A program made the translations under genes and the position numbers. A stretch of 44,417 nucleotides of DNA from a virus (Duplodnaviria; Heunggongvirae; Uroviricota; Caudoviricetes), in IMG/VR virus record IMGVR_UViG_2606217118_000001. One strand, written 5' to 3'. Below are positions 35,287 through 43,779 of the stretch, piece by piece. Under the pieces are notes generated by a model that saw only the letters and a list, made by a program, of their open reading frames with translations, ran no database searches and was not told the DNA's origin. Numbering within the stretch: the first letter of the stretch is position 1; each line of letters opens with the position of its first letter.

Positions 35287-35946
35287 ATGAAAATGAAATG
35301 GTATGAACTGGCTAGATCCAGAATGAAAGAGCTCGGCATAACTCAAGAGAAGTTAGCCGAAGAGCTAGGTATGACGCAGGGTGGGATTGGACACTGGTTG
35401 CGCGGATCTCGTCATCCATCTCTTAGTGATATTGGTGTGGTGTTTAAATACCTTGGTATTGATAACATATCATTCAACCACGACGGGACATTTTCACCTG
35501 TTGGCGAATACTCATCGGCCCCAGTTAAAAAACAATATGAGTACCCTGTTTTTTCTCATGTTCAGGCTGGGATGTTCTCTCCAGAACTCAGAACCTTTAC
35601 CAAAGGCGATGCGGAGAGATTGGTAAGCACAACCAAAAAAGCCAGTGACTCTGCATTCTGGCTTGAGGTTGAAGGTAACTCAATGACCGCACCAACAGGT
35701 TCCAAGCCCAGCTTTCCTGACGGGATGTTAATTCTGGTTGACCCTGAGCAGGCTGTTGAGCCAGGCGATTTCTGTATAGCCAGACTTGGTGGTGATGAGT
35801 TTACCTTCAAGAAACTGATCAGGGATAGCGGTCAGGTGTTTCTACAGCCACTAAACCCACAATACCCAATGATCCCATGCAATGAGAGTTGTTCCGTTGT
35901 GGGGAAAGTTATCGCTAGTCAGTGGCCTGAAGAGACGTTTGGGTGA
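35287..35946 (+). CDS. cI: CI repressor, chimeric: novel N-terminal HTH domain fused to lambda-like C-terminal S24/LexA-type domain
   Basis: [40 protein letters not shown]...; from [15 protein letters not shown] onward matches lambda CI; start could be 35293. Confidence 0.85.
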   Translation: MKMKWYELARSRMKELGITQEKLAEELGMTQGGIGHWLRGSRHPSLSDIGVVFKYLGIDNISFNHDGTFSPVGEYSSAPVKKQYEYPVFSHVQAGMFSPELRTFTKGDAERLVSTTKKASDSAFWLEVEGNSMTAPTGSKPSFPDGMLILVDPEQAVEPGDFCIARLGGDEFTFKKLIRDSGQVFLQPLNPQYPMIPCNESCSVVGKVIASQWPEETFG

Positions 35947-36012
35947 TATATGTGAAATGCATATATTGATATAAATGCAGCAATATCAAATAGTTAAAAG
36001 GTTATATTTTTA

Positions 36013-36393
36013 ATGAATGATCTTGATAAGAAAAAGTACGACCAAGTTATTGATTCTGTGAACTTCGCCCTTAGATCGTTGTCAGAGTTATTCGAAGCCC
36101 ATGGAATGCATGGGATGTATGATCTAACGAATCCAAGCCTTGATGAGCTAAAATTAGTGTTTACAAGGATGAAAAACGGAGTTGACTCTATTGCTCAAAG
36201 CTTTGAGCACATGGTAGAGACAGCAAAGGATATGGATGCCGCAAGTGCAAGCATAAATGTTATGAACATCAAGCAAGGATTGATGTATGCTGAATCACTA
36301 TTGCTTGCTGTAGAGAAATTAGACTATGATAAATGTGTGGAAGCAAATACGCAGATAAAAACCCACGATCTTCCACCAACCCAATGGCCTTAA
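36013..36393 (+). CDS. Hypothetical 126-aa protein in the immunity-region moron slot (rexAB position); unknown function
   Basis: ORF MNDLDKKKYDQVIDSVNFALRSLSELFEAHGMHGMYDLTNPSLDELK...; AT-rich codon usage unlike backbone; follows cI on same strand. Confidence 0.65.
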   Translation: MNDLDKKKYDQVIDSVNFALRSLSELFEAHGMHGMYDLTNPSLDELKLVFTRMKNGVDSIAQSFEHMVETAKDMDAASASINVMNIKQGLMYAESLLLAVEKLDYDKCVEANTQIKTHDLPPTQWP

Positions 36394-36462
36394 TAGTAAA
36401 TCAAGATTTCATATAGTCTATTTGAACTAGGCTAGTACCATAAAATAAACCGAGGAAACGCA

Positions 36463-36564
36463 ATGAAAACCATGTCCACTCTGCACAAAGATGCAATGAC
36501 CCTGAGATCTCTCATTAACGAGATTCTGGCTCGCTCGTCAGCACACACCAAAAAAGCTGCATAA
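36463..36564 (+). CDS. Hypothetical 33-aa protein downstream of the 126-aa moron gene
   Basis: MKTMSTLHKDAMTLRSLINEILARSSAHTKKAA with strong SD GAGGAAA 6 nt upstream; followed by terminator. Confidence 0.45.
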   Translation: MKTMSTLHKDAMTLRSLINEILARSSAHTKKAA

Positions 36565-36574
36565 TGCCTACATA

Positions 36575-36603
36575 ACCCGGCCTCAGCGCCGGGTTTTCTT
36601 TGC
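36575..36603 (+). terminator. Rho-independent terminator ending the cI-moron transcript
   Basis: acccggc-ctcagc-gccgggt hairpin followed by TTTTCTTT. Confidence 0.75.
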
Positions 36604-36739
36604 CTCACGATCGCCCCACCTAAAAACACATAACCAATTGTATTTATTGAAAAATAAATAGATGCAACCCACTAAACCACGCAATTCTGATCTCTCCTTA
36701 CATCGCCGAGGCAATACATCCACGCTAAAAAACAACACT

Positions 36740-36830
36740 ATTAAATACAAAGCGTTATAAAAAACCACGCCAACTTACAACAAATTGTATTGATCTTGTA
36801 AAGTACATATCGCACTATTTAACCGTCAGC
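36740..36830 (+). promoter_or_regulatory. Putative OL/PL region
   Basis: AT-rich segment upstream of nutL with operator-like motifs (acaaattgtattgatcttgtaaagtaca) resembling those between cro and cI. Confidence 0.4.
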
Positions 36831-36864
36831 AGGACGCTGGAAGCCAAATGGAACAGACTGGCAG

Positions 36865-36909
36865 GCTCTTTAAACAACGTCGACTCTCGACTACGTGGCT
36901 GAAAAGCCA
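36865..36909 (+). promoter_or_regulatory. nutL-like site (boxA GCTCTTTAAACAA plus boxB hairpin tggctgaaaagcca)
   Basis: boxA-like motif then GAAAA-loop hairpin closely matching the nutR hairpin; lies upstream of N. Confidence 0.6.
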
Positions 36910-37007
36910 GATCACCCAACCACATAAGCTGTGGGATGCAATGCCGAAGCAACCGTCTCAGGAGGAGCTTCGAGATTGCATCGCCAAAGTTTATTCGGGA
37001 GGAATCC

Positions 37008-37280
37008 ATGTCCAGAAAAACAGAATTTAAAGGCACCGCAGCTTCTCGCCGTAGAGCTCGTCGCGCAAATCTGCAAAGTCAGGAGGCGATCAGCTCCGAC
37101 ACGCTACACAGGCCAACCCCTTCACGAGTGGTCTTGCAATGCAAGCGCAAACCAGCAATGAGAGCAGAAGTGATAACTCTGACAACGTTGACCAGAAAAT
37201 ATGAAGGTTCAACTTGTCTTCCGAACGTAGCTCTTTACGCGGCAGGCTACCGGAAATCAAAACAACTGACGGCGAGATGA
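37008..37280 (+). CDS. N: Antitermination protein N (non-lambda; P22 gp24-like C-terminus) with N-terminal arginine-rich motif
   Basis: MSRKTEFKGTAASRRRARRANLQSQE...LPNVALYAAGYRKSKQLTAR; SD GGGAGGAA; longer track ORF starts upstream. Confidence 0.75.
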   Translation: MSRKTEFKGTAASRRRARRANLQSQEAISSDTLHRPTPSRVVLQCKRKPAMRAEVITLTTLTRKYEGSTCLPNVALYAAGYRKSKQLTAR

Positions 37281-37296
37281 TAAATTCATTTGCTAA

Positions 37297-37878
37297 TTAC
37301 TTGTTTTTGCCATGCTTATCCTGAGCGATAAGTTCATCCATAAGGCTGTCTGCCTTCCCGGCAAACCGAATGTAGCACTCATTTCTATAGCGTTCCGGGA
37401 TAACAAAACGGTCGATTTCAGGATATCCAGTAGCAGAAGGTATCCGAATAAGAAGCCCTTTTTCGAGCAATGAGATTGCTTCAGGGCTTCCCTTTTCTGT
37501 CTTTAGCTGGTTATTCGCGGCTACAGCGAATGCCAAATACGCTCTTTCTCCAAGAGTTAACGAATCAAACAAATCTTGCACATATTTTTCTTCTTTAGAT
37601 TTGCACTTCTGAGCAGCGGATACCTCAATTCTTTCAGTCACAGCGTGATAAGCGGAATTAACAACACCGTTAAGCACATAGCTAACGCAGAACAACAGGA
37701 TGTAATACATCCAATAATAAGGAAGGATTTCTGGATTATGCAGGTTTATCCATTCTTTTACGCTTACCGGCATAACAATAATCAATATGATCAGGATGAT
37801 TAGCATATGAATCAACTGTTTAAGTGTCATTCCTTGCAGGAAAAAATGCATTAGTTCCTGCCACCATGAGTTGTTCAT
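37297..37878 (-). CDS. sieB: Superinfection exclusion protein B (SieB-like) membrane protein, antisense to the PL operon
   Basis: 193 aa MNNSWWQELMHFFLQGMTLKQLIHMLIILIILIIVMPVSV... with two hydrophobic segments; convergent with N. Confidence 0.6.
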   Translation of the reverse strand: MNNSWWQELMHFFLQGMTLKQLIHMLIILIILIIVMPVSVKEWINLHNPEILPYYWMYYILLFCVSYVLNGVVNSAYHAVTERIEVSAAQKCKSKEEKYVQDLFDSLTLGERAYLAFAVAANNQLKTEKGSPEAISLLEKGLLIRIPSATGYPEIDRFVIPERYRNECYIRFAGKADSLMDELIAQDKHGKNK

Positions 37879-38022
37879 CGGCGTTTCTCTTTTGCTCTCT
37901 GTAGGGGTGAATAGAGTTTATCCGATTTCTCGCTGTAGGGGTACACGAGAACCACCGAGCCTGATGTGGTTAAAAGACAGGCACAATCTTTACTACCGCA
38001 ATCCACTATTTAAGGTGATATA

Positions 38023-38109
38023 TGGAAGAAGAATTTGAAGAGTTCGAAGAGCATCCTCAGGATGTGATGGAACAATACCAGGACTATCCGTATGACTACG
38101 ACTATTGAT
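38023..38109 (+). CDS. Small acidic ORF (lambda orf28-like)
   Basis: MEEEFEEFEEHPQDVMEQYQDYPYDYDY, 28 aa, overlapping start of ral. Confidence 0.35.
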
Positions 38110-38292
38110 AAAAATCAATGGTGTGGACAATTCAAGCGATGCAATGGATGCAAGCTGCAATCGGAATGCATGGTTAAGCCTGAAGAAATGTTTCCTGTAA
38201 TGGAAGATGGGAAATATGTCGATAAATGGGCAATACGAACGACGGCAATGATTGCCAGAGAACTTGGTAAACAGAACAACAAAGCTGCCTGA
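38092..38292 (+). CDS. ral: Restriction alleviation protein Ral
   Basis: 66 aa MTTTIDKNQWCGQFKRCNGCKLQSECMVKPEEMFPVMEDGKYVDKWAIRTTAMIARELGKQNNKAA. Confidence 0.85.
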   Translation: MTTTIDKNQWCGQFKRCNGCKLQSECMVKPEEMFPVMEDGKYVDKWAIRTTAMIARELGKQNNKAA

Positions 38293-38474
38293 TAGTGGCC
38301 TTTATTTTTGGCATAAATAACAGAATAAACACTGCACTGTGTATTCATTCCAACGAGTGAATACACGGAGCAATGTCGCTCGTAACTAAACAGGAGCCGA
38401 CTTGTTCTGATTATTGGAAATCTTCTTTGCCCTCCAGTGTGAGGGCGATTTTTTATCTATGAGGATATGAATAG

Positions 38475-38843
38475 ATGTCAAACATCAAAAAATACATCAT
38501 TGATTACGACTGGAAAGCATCAATAGAAATTGAAATCGATCATGACGTAATGACAGAGGAAAAACTTCACCAGATTAATAATTTCTGGTCAGACTCTGAA
38601 TACCGACTCAATAAACACGGCTCTGTATTAAATGCTGTATTAATCATGCTGGCGCAACATGCTCTGCTTATAGCAATTTCAAGCGACTTAAATGCATATG
38701 GTGTTGTGTGTGAGTTCGACTGGAATGATGGAAATGGTCAGGAAGGATGGCCTCCAATGGATGGTAGCGAAGGAATAAGAATTACCGATATCGATACATC
38801 AGGAATATTTGATCCAGATGATATGACTATCAAAGCCGCCTGA
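38475..38843 (+). CDS. ea10: Ea10-like early protein
   Basis: 122 aa MSNIKKYIIDYDWKASIEIEIDHDVMTEEKLHQINNFWSDSEYRLNKHG... Confidence 0.6.
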   Translation: MSNIKKYIIDYDWKASIEIEIDHDVMTEEKLHQINNFWSDSEYRLNKHGSVLNAVLIMLAQHALLIAISSDLNAYGVVCEFDWNDGNGQEGWPPMDGSEGIRITDIDTSGIFDPDDMTIKAA

Positions 38844-38916
38844 GCGCGGCGTTACCGCATACCAATAACGCTTCACTCGAGGCGTTTTTCGTTATGTATA
38901 AATAAGGAGCACACCA

Positions 38917-39054
38917 TGCAATATGCCATTGCAGGGTGGCCTGTTGCTGGCTGCCCTTCCGAATCTTTACTTGAACGAATCACCCGTAAATTACGTGACG
39001 GATGGAAACGCCTTATCGACATACTTAATCAGCCAGGAGTACCCAAAAATGGAT
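38917..39054 (+). CDS. cIII: CIII (FtsH/HflB inhibitor), 45 aa, C-terminally shorter than lambda CIII
   Basis: [46 protein letters not shown]; stop TAA overlaps kil start. Confidence 0.8.
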
Positions 39055-39192
39055 AAAAAACTTATGGCTATCCAGACAAAATTCACTATTGCCACTTTTA
39101 TTGGCGATGAAAAGATGTTTCGTGAGGCCGTCGACGCTTATAAAAAATGGATATTAATACTGAAACTGAGATCAAGCAAAAGCATTCACTAA
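39049..39192 (+). CDS. kil: Kil (host division inhibitor)
   Basis: 47 aa [47 protein letters not shown]; longer track ORF starts upstream. Confidence 0.7.
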   Translation: MDKKLMAIQTKFTIATFIGDEKMFREAVDAYKKWILILKLRSSKSIH

Positions 39193-39563
39193 CCCCCTTT
39201 CCTGTTTTCCTAATCAGCCCGGCATTTCGCGGGCGATATTTTCACAGCTATTTCAGGAGTTCGGCCATGAACGCTTATTACATTCAGGATCGTCTTGAGG
39301 CTCAGAGCTGGGCGCGTCACTACCAGCAGATAGCCCGTGAAGAGAAAGAGGCAGAACTGGCAGACGACATGGAAAAAGGCCTGCCCCAGCACCTGTTTGA
39401 ATCGCTATGCATCGATCATTTGCAACGCCACGGGGCCAGCAAAAAAGCCATTACCCGTGCGTTTGATGACGATGTTGAGTTTCAGGAGCGCATGGCAGAA
39501 CACATCCGGTACATGGTTGAAACCATTGCTCACCATCAGGTTGATATTGATTCAGAGGTATAA
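39147..39563 (+). CDS. gam: Gam (RecBCD inhibitor)
   Basis: 138 aa [61 protein letters not shown]... Confidence 0.95.
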   Translation: MDINTETEIKQKHSLTPFPVFLISPAFRGRYFHSYFRSSAMNAYYIQDRLEAQSWARHYQQIAREEKEAELADDMEKGLPQHLFESLCIDHLQRHGASKKAITRAFDDDVEFQERMAEHIRYMVETIAHHQVDIDSEV

Positions 39564-39568
39564 AACGG

Positions 39569-40354
39569 ATGAGTACAGCACTCGCAACGCTGGCAGGGAA
39601 GCTGGCTGAACGTGTCGGCATGGATTCTGTCGACCCACAGGAACTGATCACCACTCTTCGCCAGACGGCATTTAAAGGCGATGCCAGCGATGCGCAGTTC
39701 ATCGCATTGTTGATCGTCGCCAACCAGTACGGCCTTAATCCGTGGACGAAAGAAATTTACGCCTTCCCTGACAAGCAGAACGGCATCGTTCCGGTGGTGG
39801 GCGTTGATGGCTGGTCCCGTATCATCAATGAAAACCAGCAGTTTGATGGCATGGACTTTGAGCAGGACAATGAATCATGTACATGCCGGATTTACCGCAA
39901 GGACCGTAATCATCCGATCTGCGTTACCGAGTGGATGGATGAATGCCGCCGCGAACCATTCAAAACCCGCGAAGGCAGAGAAATCACCGGACCGTGGCAG
40001 TCGCATCCCAAACGGATGTTACGGCATAAAGCCATGATTCAGTGTGCCCGTCTGGCCTTCGGATTTGCTGGTATCTATGACAAGGATGAAGCCGAGCGCA
40101 TTGTCGAAAATACCGCATACACTGCAGAACGTCAGCCGGAACGCGACATCACTCCGGTTAACGATGAAACCATGCAGGAGATTAACACTATGCTGATTGC
40201 CCTGGACAAAACATGGGATGACGACTTATTGCCGCTCTGTTCCCAGATATTTCGCCGCGACATTCGCGCATCGTCAGAACTGACACAGGCCGAAGCAATG
40301 AAAGCTCTTGGATTCCTGAAACAGAAAGCCTCTGAACAGAAGGTGGCTGCATGA
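39569..40354 (+). CDS. bet: Bet (Red-beta single-strand annealing protein)
   Basis: 261 aa [66 protein letters not shown]... Confidence 0.95.
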   Translation: MSTALATLAGKLAERVGMDSVDPQELITTLRQTAFKGDASDAQFIALLIVANQYGLNPWTKEIYAFPDKQNGIVPVVGVDGWSRIINENQQFDGMDFEQDNESCTCRIYRKDRNHPICVTEWMDECRREPFKTREGREITGPWQSHPKRMLRHKAMIQCARLAFGFAGIYDKDEAERIVENTAYTAERQPERDITPVNDETMQEINTMLIALDKTWDDDLLPLCSQIFRRDIRASSELTQAEAMKALGFLKQKASEQKVAA

Positions 40355-41031
40355 CACCGGACATTATCCTGCAGCGTACCGGGATCGACGTGAGAGCTGT
40401 CGAACAGGGGGATGATGCATGGCACAAATTACGGCTCGGCGTCATCACCGCTTCAGAAGTTCACAACGTGATAGCAAAGCCCCGCTCAGGAAAGAAGTGG
40501 CCTGACATGAAAATGTCCTACTTCCACACCCTGCTGGCTGAGGTTTGCACCGGTGTGGCTCCGGAAGTTAACGCTAAGGCGCTGGCCTGGGGAAAACAGT
40601 ACGAGAACGACGCCAGAACCCTCTTTGAGTTCACTTCCGGCGTTAATGTTACTGAATCCCCGATCATCTATCGCGACGAAAGTATGCGCACCGCCTGCTC
40701 TCCCGATGGTTTATGCAGTGACGGCAACGGCCTTGAACTGAAATGCCCGTTTACCTCCCGGGATTTCATGAAGTTCCGGCTCGGTGGTTTCGAGGCCATA
40801 AAATCGGCTTACATGGCCCAGGTGCAGTACAGCATGTGGGTGACGCGAAAAGATGCCTGGTACTTTGCCAACTATGACCCACGAATGAAGCGTGAAGGCC
40901 TGCATTATGTCGTGGTTGAGCGGGATGAAAATTACATGGCGAGTTTTGACGAGATGGTGCCGGAGTTCATCGAAAAAATGGACGAGGCACTGGCTGAAAT
41001 TGGTTTTGTATTTGGGGAGCAATGGCGATGA
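40351..41031 (+). CDS. exo: Exo (Red-alpha 5'-3' exonuclease)
   Basis: 226 aa [65 protein letters not shown]... Confidence 0.95.
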   Translation: MTPDIILQRTGIDVRAVEQGDDAWHKLRLGVITASEVHNVIAKPRSGKKWPDMKMSYFHTLLAEVCTGVAPEVNAKALAWGKQYENDARTLFEFTSGVNVTESPIIYRDESMRTACSPDGLCSDGNGLELKCPFTSRDFMKFRLGGFEAIKSAYMAQVQYSMWVTRKDAWYFANYDPRMKREGLHYVVVERDENYMASFDEMVPEFIEKMDEALAEIGFVFGEQWR

Positions 41032-41210
41032 CGCATCCTCACGATAATATCCGGGTAGGCGCGATCACTTTCGTCTACTCCATTACAAAGCGAGGCTGGG
41101 TATTTCCCGGCCTTTCTGTTATCAGAAATCCCCTGAAAGCACAGCGGCTGGCTGAGGAGATAAATAATAAACGGGGAGCTGTATGCACAAAGCATCTCCC
41201 GTTGAGTTAA
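41022..41210 (+). CDS. Small early-left protein (lambda orf61-like)
   Basis: 62 aa [54 protein letters not shown]... Confidence 0.6.
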   Translation: MAMTHPHDNIRVGAITFVYSITKRGWVFPGLSVIRNPLKAQRLAEEINNKRGAVCTKHLPLS

Positions 41211-41374
41211 GAACGAGTATCGAGATGGCACATAGCCTCGCTCAAATTGGAGTCAGGTTTGTGCCAATACCAGTAGAAACAGACGAAGAATTTCATACGT
41301 TAGCCGCATCCCTTTCACAAAAGCTGGAAATGATGGTGGCGAAAGCAGAAGCAGATGAGAGAGACCAGGTATGA
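41183..41374 (+). CDS. Small early-left protein (lambda orf63-like)
   Basis: 63 aa [63 protein letters not shown]. Confidence 0.6.
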   Translation: MHKASPVELRTSIEMAHSLAQIGVRFVPIPVETDEEFHTLAASLSQKLEMMVAKAEADERDQV

Positions 41375-41450
41375 CAACCACTGAATGCATTTTTCTGGCA
41401 GCGGGCTTCATATTCTGTGTGCTTATGCTTGCCGACATGGGGCTTGTTCA

Positions 41451-41666
41451 ATGACACCTCAGCAAGAAAACGCCCTTCGCAGCATTGCCCGTCAGGCTAA
41501 TTCTGAAATCAAAAAAGCCAGACAGCAGTTTCCGGATAAAAACGTCGATGACATTTGCCGTAGCGTACTAAAGAAGCACCGCGAAACGGTAACGCTGATG
41601 GGATTCACACCGACTCATTTAAGCCTGGCGATCGGCATGTTGAACGGCGTCTTTAAGGAACGGTGA
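41451..41666 (+). CDS. Small early-left protein (lambda orf60a-like)
   Basis: Start MTPQQENALRSIARQANSEIKKARQQFPDKNVDDICRSVLKKHRETVTLMGF...; longer ORF extension rejected. Confidence 0.6.
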   Translation: MTPQQENALRSIARQANSEIKKARQQFPDKNVDDICRSVLKKHRETVTLMGFTPTHLSLAIGMLNGVFKER

Positions 41667-41764
41667 ACATGAAAAGCAAAATCATCAGGGAGCTACAGGC
41701 TCCTTTTTTATTATTCGCATTCACCCTCAAGCGTATTAACCAACAATTCAGGGATTAATGAAAG

Positions 41765-41986
41765 ATGGCAGACATCATTGATTCAGCATCAGAAATTGAA
41801 GAATTACAGCGCAACACAGCAATAAAAATGCGCCGCCTGAACCACCAGGCTATATCTGCCACTCATTGTTGTGAGTGTGGCGATCCGATAGATGAACGAA
41901 GACGCTTGGCCGTTCAGGGTTGTCGGACTTGTGCAAGTTGCCAGGAGGATCTGGAACTTATCAGTAAACAGAGAGGTTCGAAGTGA
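41765..41986 (+). CDS. TraR/DksA-family C4 zinc-finger protein (lambda orf73-like)
   Basis: 73 aa with CxxC-x17-CxxC (CCECGDPIDERRRLAVQGCRTCASC). Confidence 0.65.
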   Translation: MADIIDSASEIEELQRNTAIKMRRLNHQAISATHCCECGDPIDERRRLAVQGCRTCASCQEDLELISKQRGSK

Positions 41987-42531
41987 GCGAAATTAACTCT
42001 CAGGCACTGCGTGAGGCGGCAGTAGCAATTGAAACAGTAGCAACACCTCAAAAATTGCTGGCATTTCGTATGAAAGTCACACCTCAGGTTGTGCTGGCTC
42101 TACTGGATGAACGAGATGCATTAAATGAACGCCTAGCCGAACTGGAGGCTGATTTAGCAGGGCTGGCCGAAGACCACCAGAAAGCGACTGAGTCAATTAA
42201 GCAGGCTGATGCAGCTGTTAAGTTGGCACACGAGAAGTTTTCGGCGCTGGCGGCGGAGAATGAGCTGGCTCGTAAAGCAGTTCAGGAATTCTGCGATGTT
42301 GTTGGCGACAGCACCGAGGTTATCTGCGAGGAGATTGGGAGAGATGGTGTTCTGGTTATTTTGGAGGCCATGAAGGCAACAGGAAATATGCCAGCCACCG
42401 ATGCTTTCCTGGCTGAAGTACGGGCGCAGGGGGTGGAGATGATGCGCGAACATCCATCAATCAAACTTTGCTCTTTGACGCACATATGTGATGAGTTAGC
42501 CGCCCAGCTTCGCAAAGGAGGCAACCAGTGA
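41983..42531 (+). CDS. ea22: Ea22-like protein (coiled-coil), unknown function
   Basis: 182 aa MSEINSQALREAAVAIETVATPQKLLAFRMKVTPQVVLALLDERDALNERLAELEADLAG... Confidence 0.65.
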   Translation: MSEINSQALREAAVAIETVATPQKLLAFRMKVTPQVVLALLDERDALNERLAELEADLAGLAEDHQKATESIKQADAAVKLAHEKFSALAAENELARKAVQEFCDVVGDSTEVICEEIGRDGVLVILEAMKATGNMPATDAFLAEVRAQGVEMMREHPSIKLCSLTHICDELAAQLRKGGNQ

Positions 42532-42661
42532 CTGGACATGCAGCAATCCTCGACATGTGCTGTGGCAGTCGCATGTTCTGGTTAGATAAGAATGACGAAC
42601 GGGCGAGATAAGCGATCGGTTAAGTGCTATAGTAATGCGCTTTTGTATTTATGGAGTGAAT

Positions 42662-43360
42662 ATGAAAAATATCCTACTGGCATCATTGTTAGTGGCATCG
42701 CCGGGTGCATTTGCAGCCAGCTTTGACTGCCAAAAGGCTTCGACAGCAATCGAACATAAAATCTGCGATAACGAACGTCTGTCAAAATTAGACGAACAGC
42801 TTAGCTCTGCCTATTCTAGTGCCCTCAAAGGAAACCCAGAGAACGCAGACACCCTAAAAATGGTTCAACGTCAGTGGGTAAATATGCGTGGAAAACTCAC
42901 TGATAATAAGGCTCTGGAGCTGGCTTATCTTATCCAAATTAATGGCCTCAAAGGTTTGGGGAGTTCAGTCAGCGTAACAGCGGCCAATGACATACCCACG
43001 TCGGCGCAGAAACATTCTAAAGAGCAGGAAGATACAAGTAAGGCAGAAGCTAAGTCGGTCAAGAACGGCAATAAGCTAACCTTAGAGTCATTCCGAGCTA
43101 AATATGTAGAAGTAGATGGTGAGTATTACAGCACGACATCCATTCCTAGAGGCAGTTCGTTCTTGTTCACTTGCGCTAGTCGTATTGCTGATGACCAAGT
43201 GAATATTTGGAAGAAACAGGCAGCCAAAGAGGGCAAAATCGACCTATTCTTTGAGGTTGAGAATCACTTACACACGGCTATGTTGAACGCCAATTTTCAG
43301 AAGTTGAATTCAGACCCTGCCAAAAGAGGTATTTGTAATCTGATTAACGCAGTGCCGTAA
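42662..43360 (+). CDS. Secreted moron protein with N-terminal DUF1311/LprI-like domain (tentative)
   Basis: Signal peptide MKNILLASLLVASPGAFA then ASFDCQKASTAIEHKICDNERLSKLDEQLSSAY (paired-Cys motif); SD GGAGTG; AT-rich codon usage. Confidence 0.7.
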   Translation: MKNILLASLLVASPGAFAASFDCQKASTAIEHKICDNERLSKLDEQLSSAYSSALKGNPENADTLKMVQRQWVNMRGKLTDNKALELAYLIQINGLKGLGSSVSVTAANDIPTSAQKHSKEQEDTSKAEAKSVKNGNKLTLESFRAKYVEVDGEYYSTTSIPRGSSFLFTCASRIADDQVNIWKKQAAKEGKIDLFFEVENHLHTAMLNANFQKLNSDPAKRGICNLINAVP

Positions 43361-43559
43361 GTAAATTTAGGGCCACAGTTGTGACCTTAAATATTTTTTT
43401 CAGCCTTTTCTTATTTGTAATAAGCAGTACTTGGTAGTGCTTATAAAACAGAATAAAAAATATATGACTTTGGCGATTACCCAGTAAAGATATTCGAAAT
43501 AAATGTAAATATCGACAATGAATAACTATCCTCGCACTCGCGGGGATTTCTTTTATCTG

Positions 43560-43584
43560 AACTCGCTACGGCGAGTTTTTTTTA
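43560..43584 (+). terminator. Rho-independent terminator
   Basis: actcgc-tacg-gcgagt hairpin followed by TTTTTTTT. Confidence 0.65.
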
Positions 43585-43596
43585 TGGAGATGATAA

Positions 43597-43764
43597 ATGC
43601 ACTTCCGAGTCACAGGTGAATGGAATGGAGAACCATTCAACAGAGTTATCGAAGCCGAGAACATCAGCGACTGCTATGACCACTGGATGCTGTGGGCGCA
43701 GATAGCACATGCAGACGTAACCAATATTCGAATTGAAGAACTGAAAGAACACCAAGCCGCCTGA
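43597..43764 (+). CDS. Hypothetical small protein (55 aa)
   Basis: MHFRVTGEWNGEPFNRVIEAENISDCYDHWMLWAQIAHADVTNIRIEELKEHQAA; SD GGAGATGA; followed by terminator. Confidence 0.5.
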   Translation: MHFRVTGEWNGEPFNRVIEAENISDCYDHWMLWAQIAHADVTNIRIEELKEHQAA

Positions 43765-43778
43765 TGGCGGTTTTTTGT
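43754..43778 (+). terminator. Rho-independent terminator after small ORF
   Basis: gccgcc-tgat-ggcgg hairpin followed by TTTTTT. Confidence 0.7.
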
Positions 43779-43779
43779 G

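Noticed and set aside
36848-37030. 60-aa plus-strand ORF overlapping nutL and the N start
   Set aside because: Spans the boxA/boxB leader and ends inside N out of frame; no RBS; the leader is expected to be non-coding.
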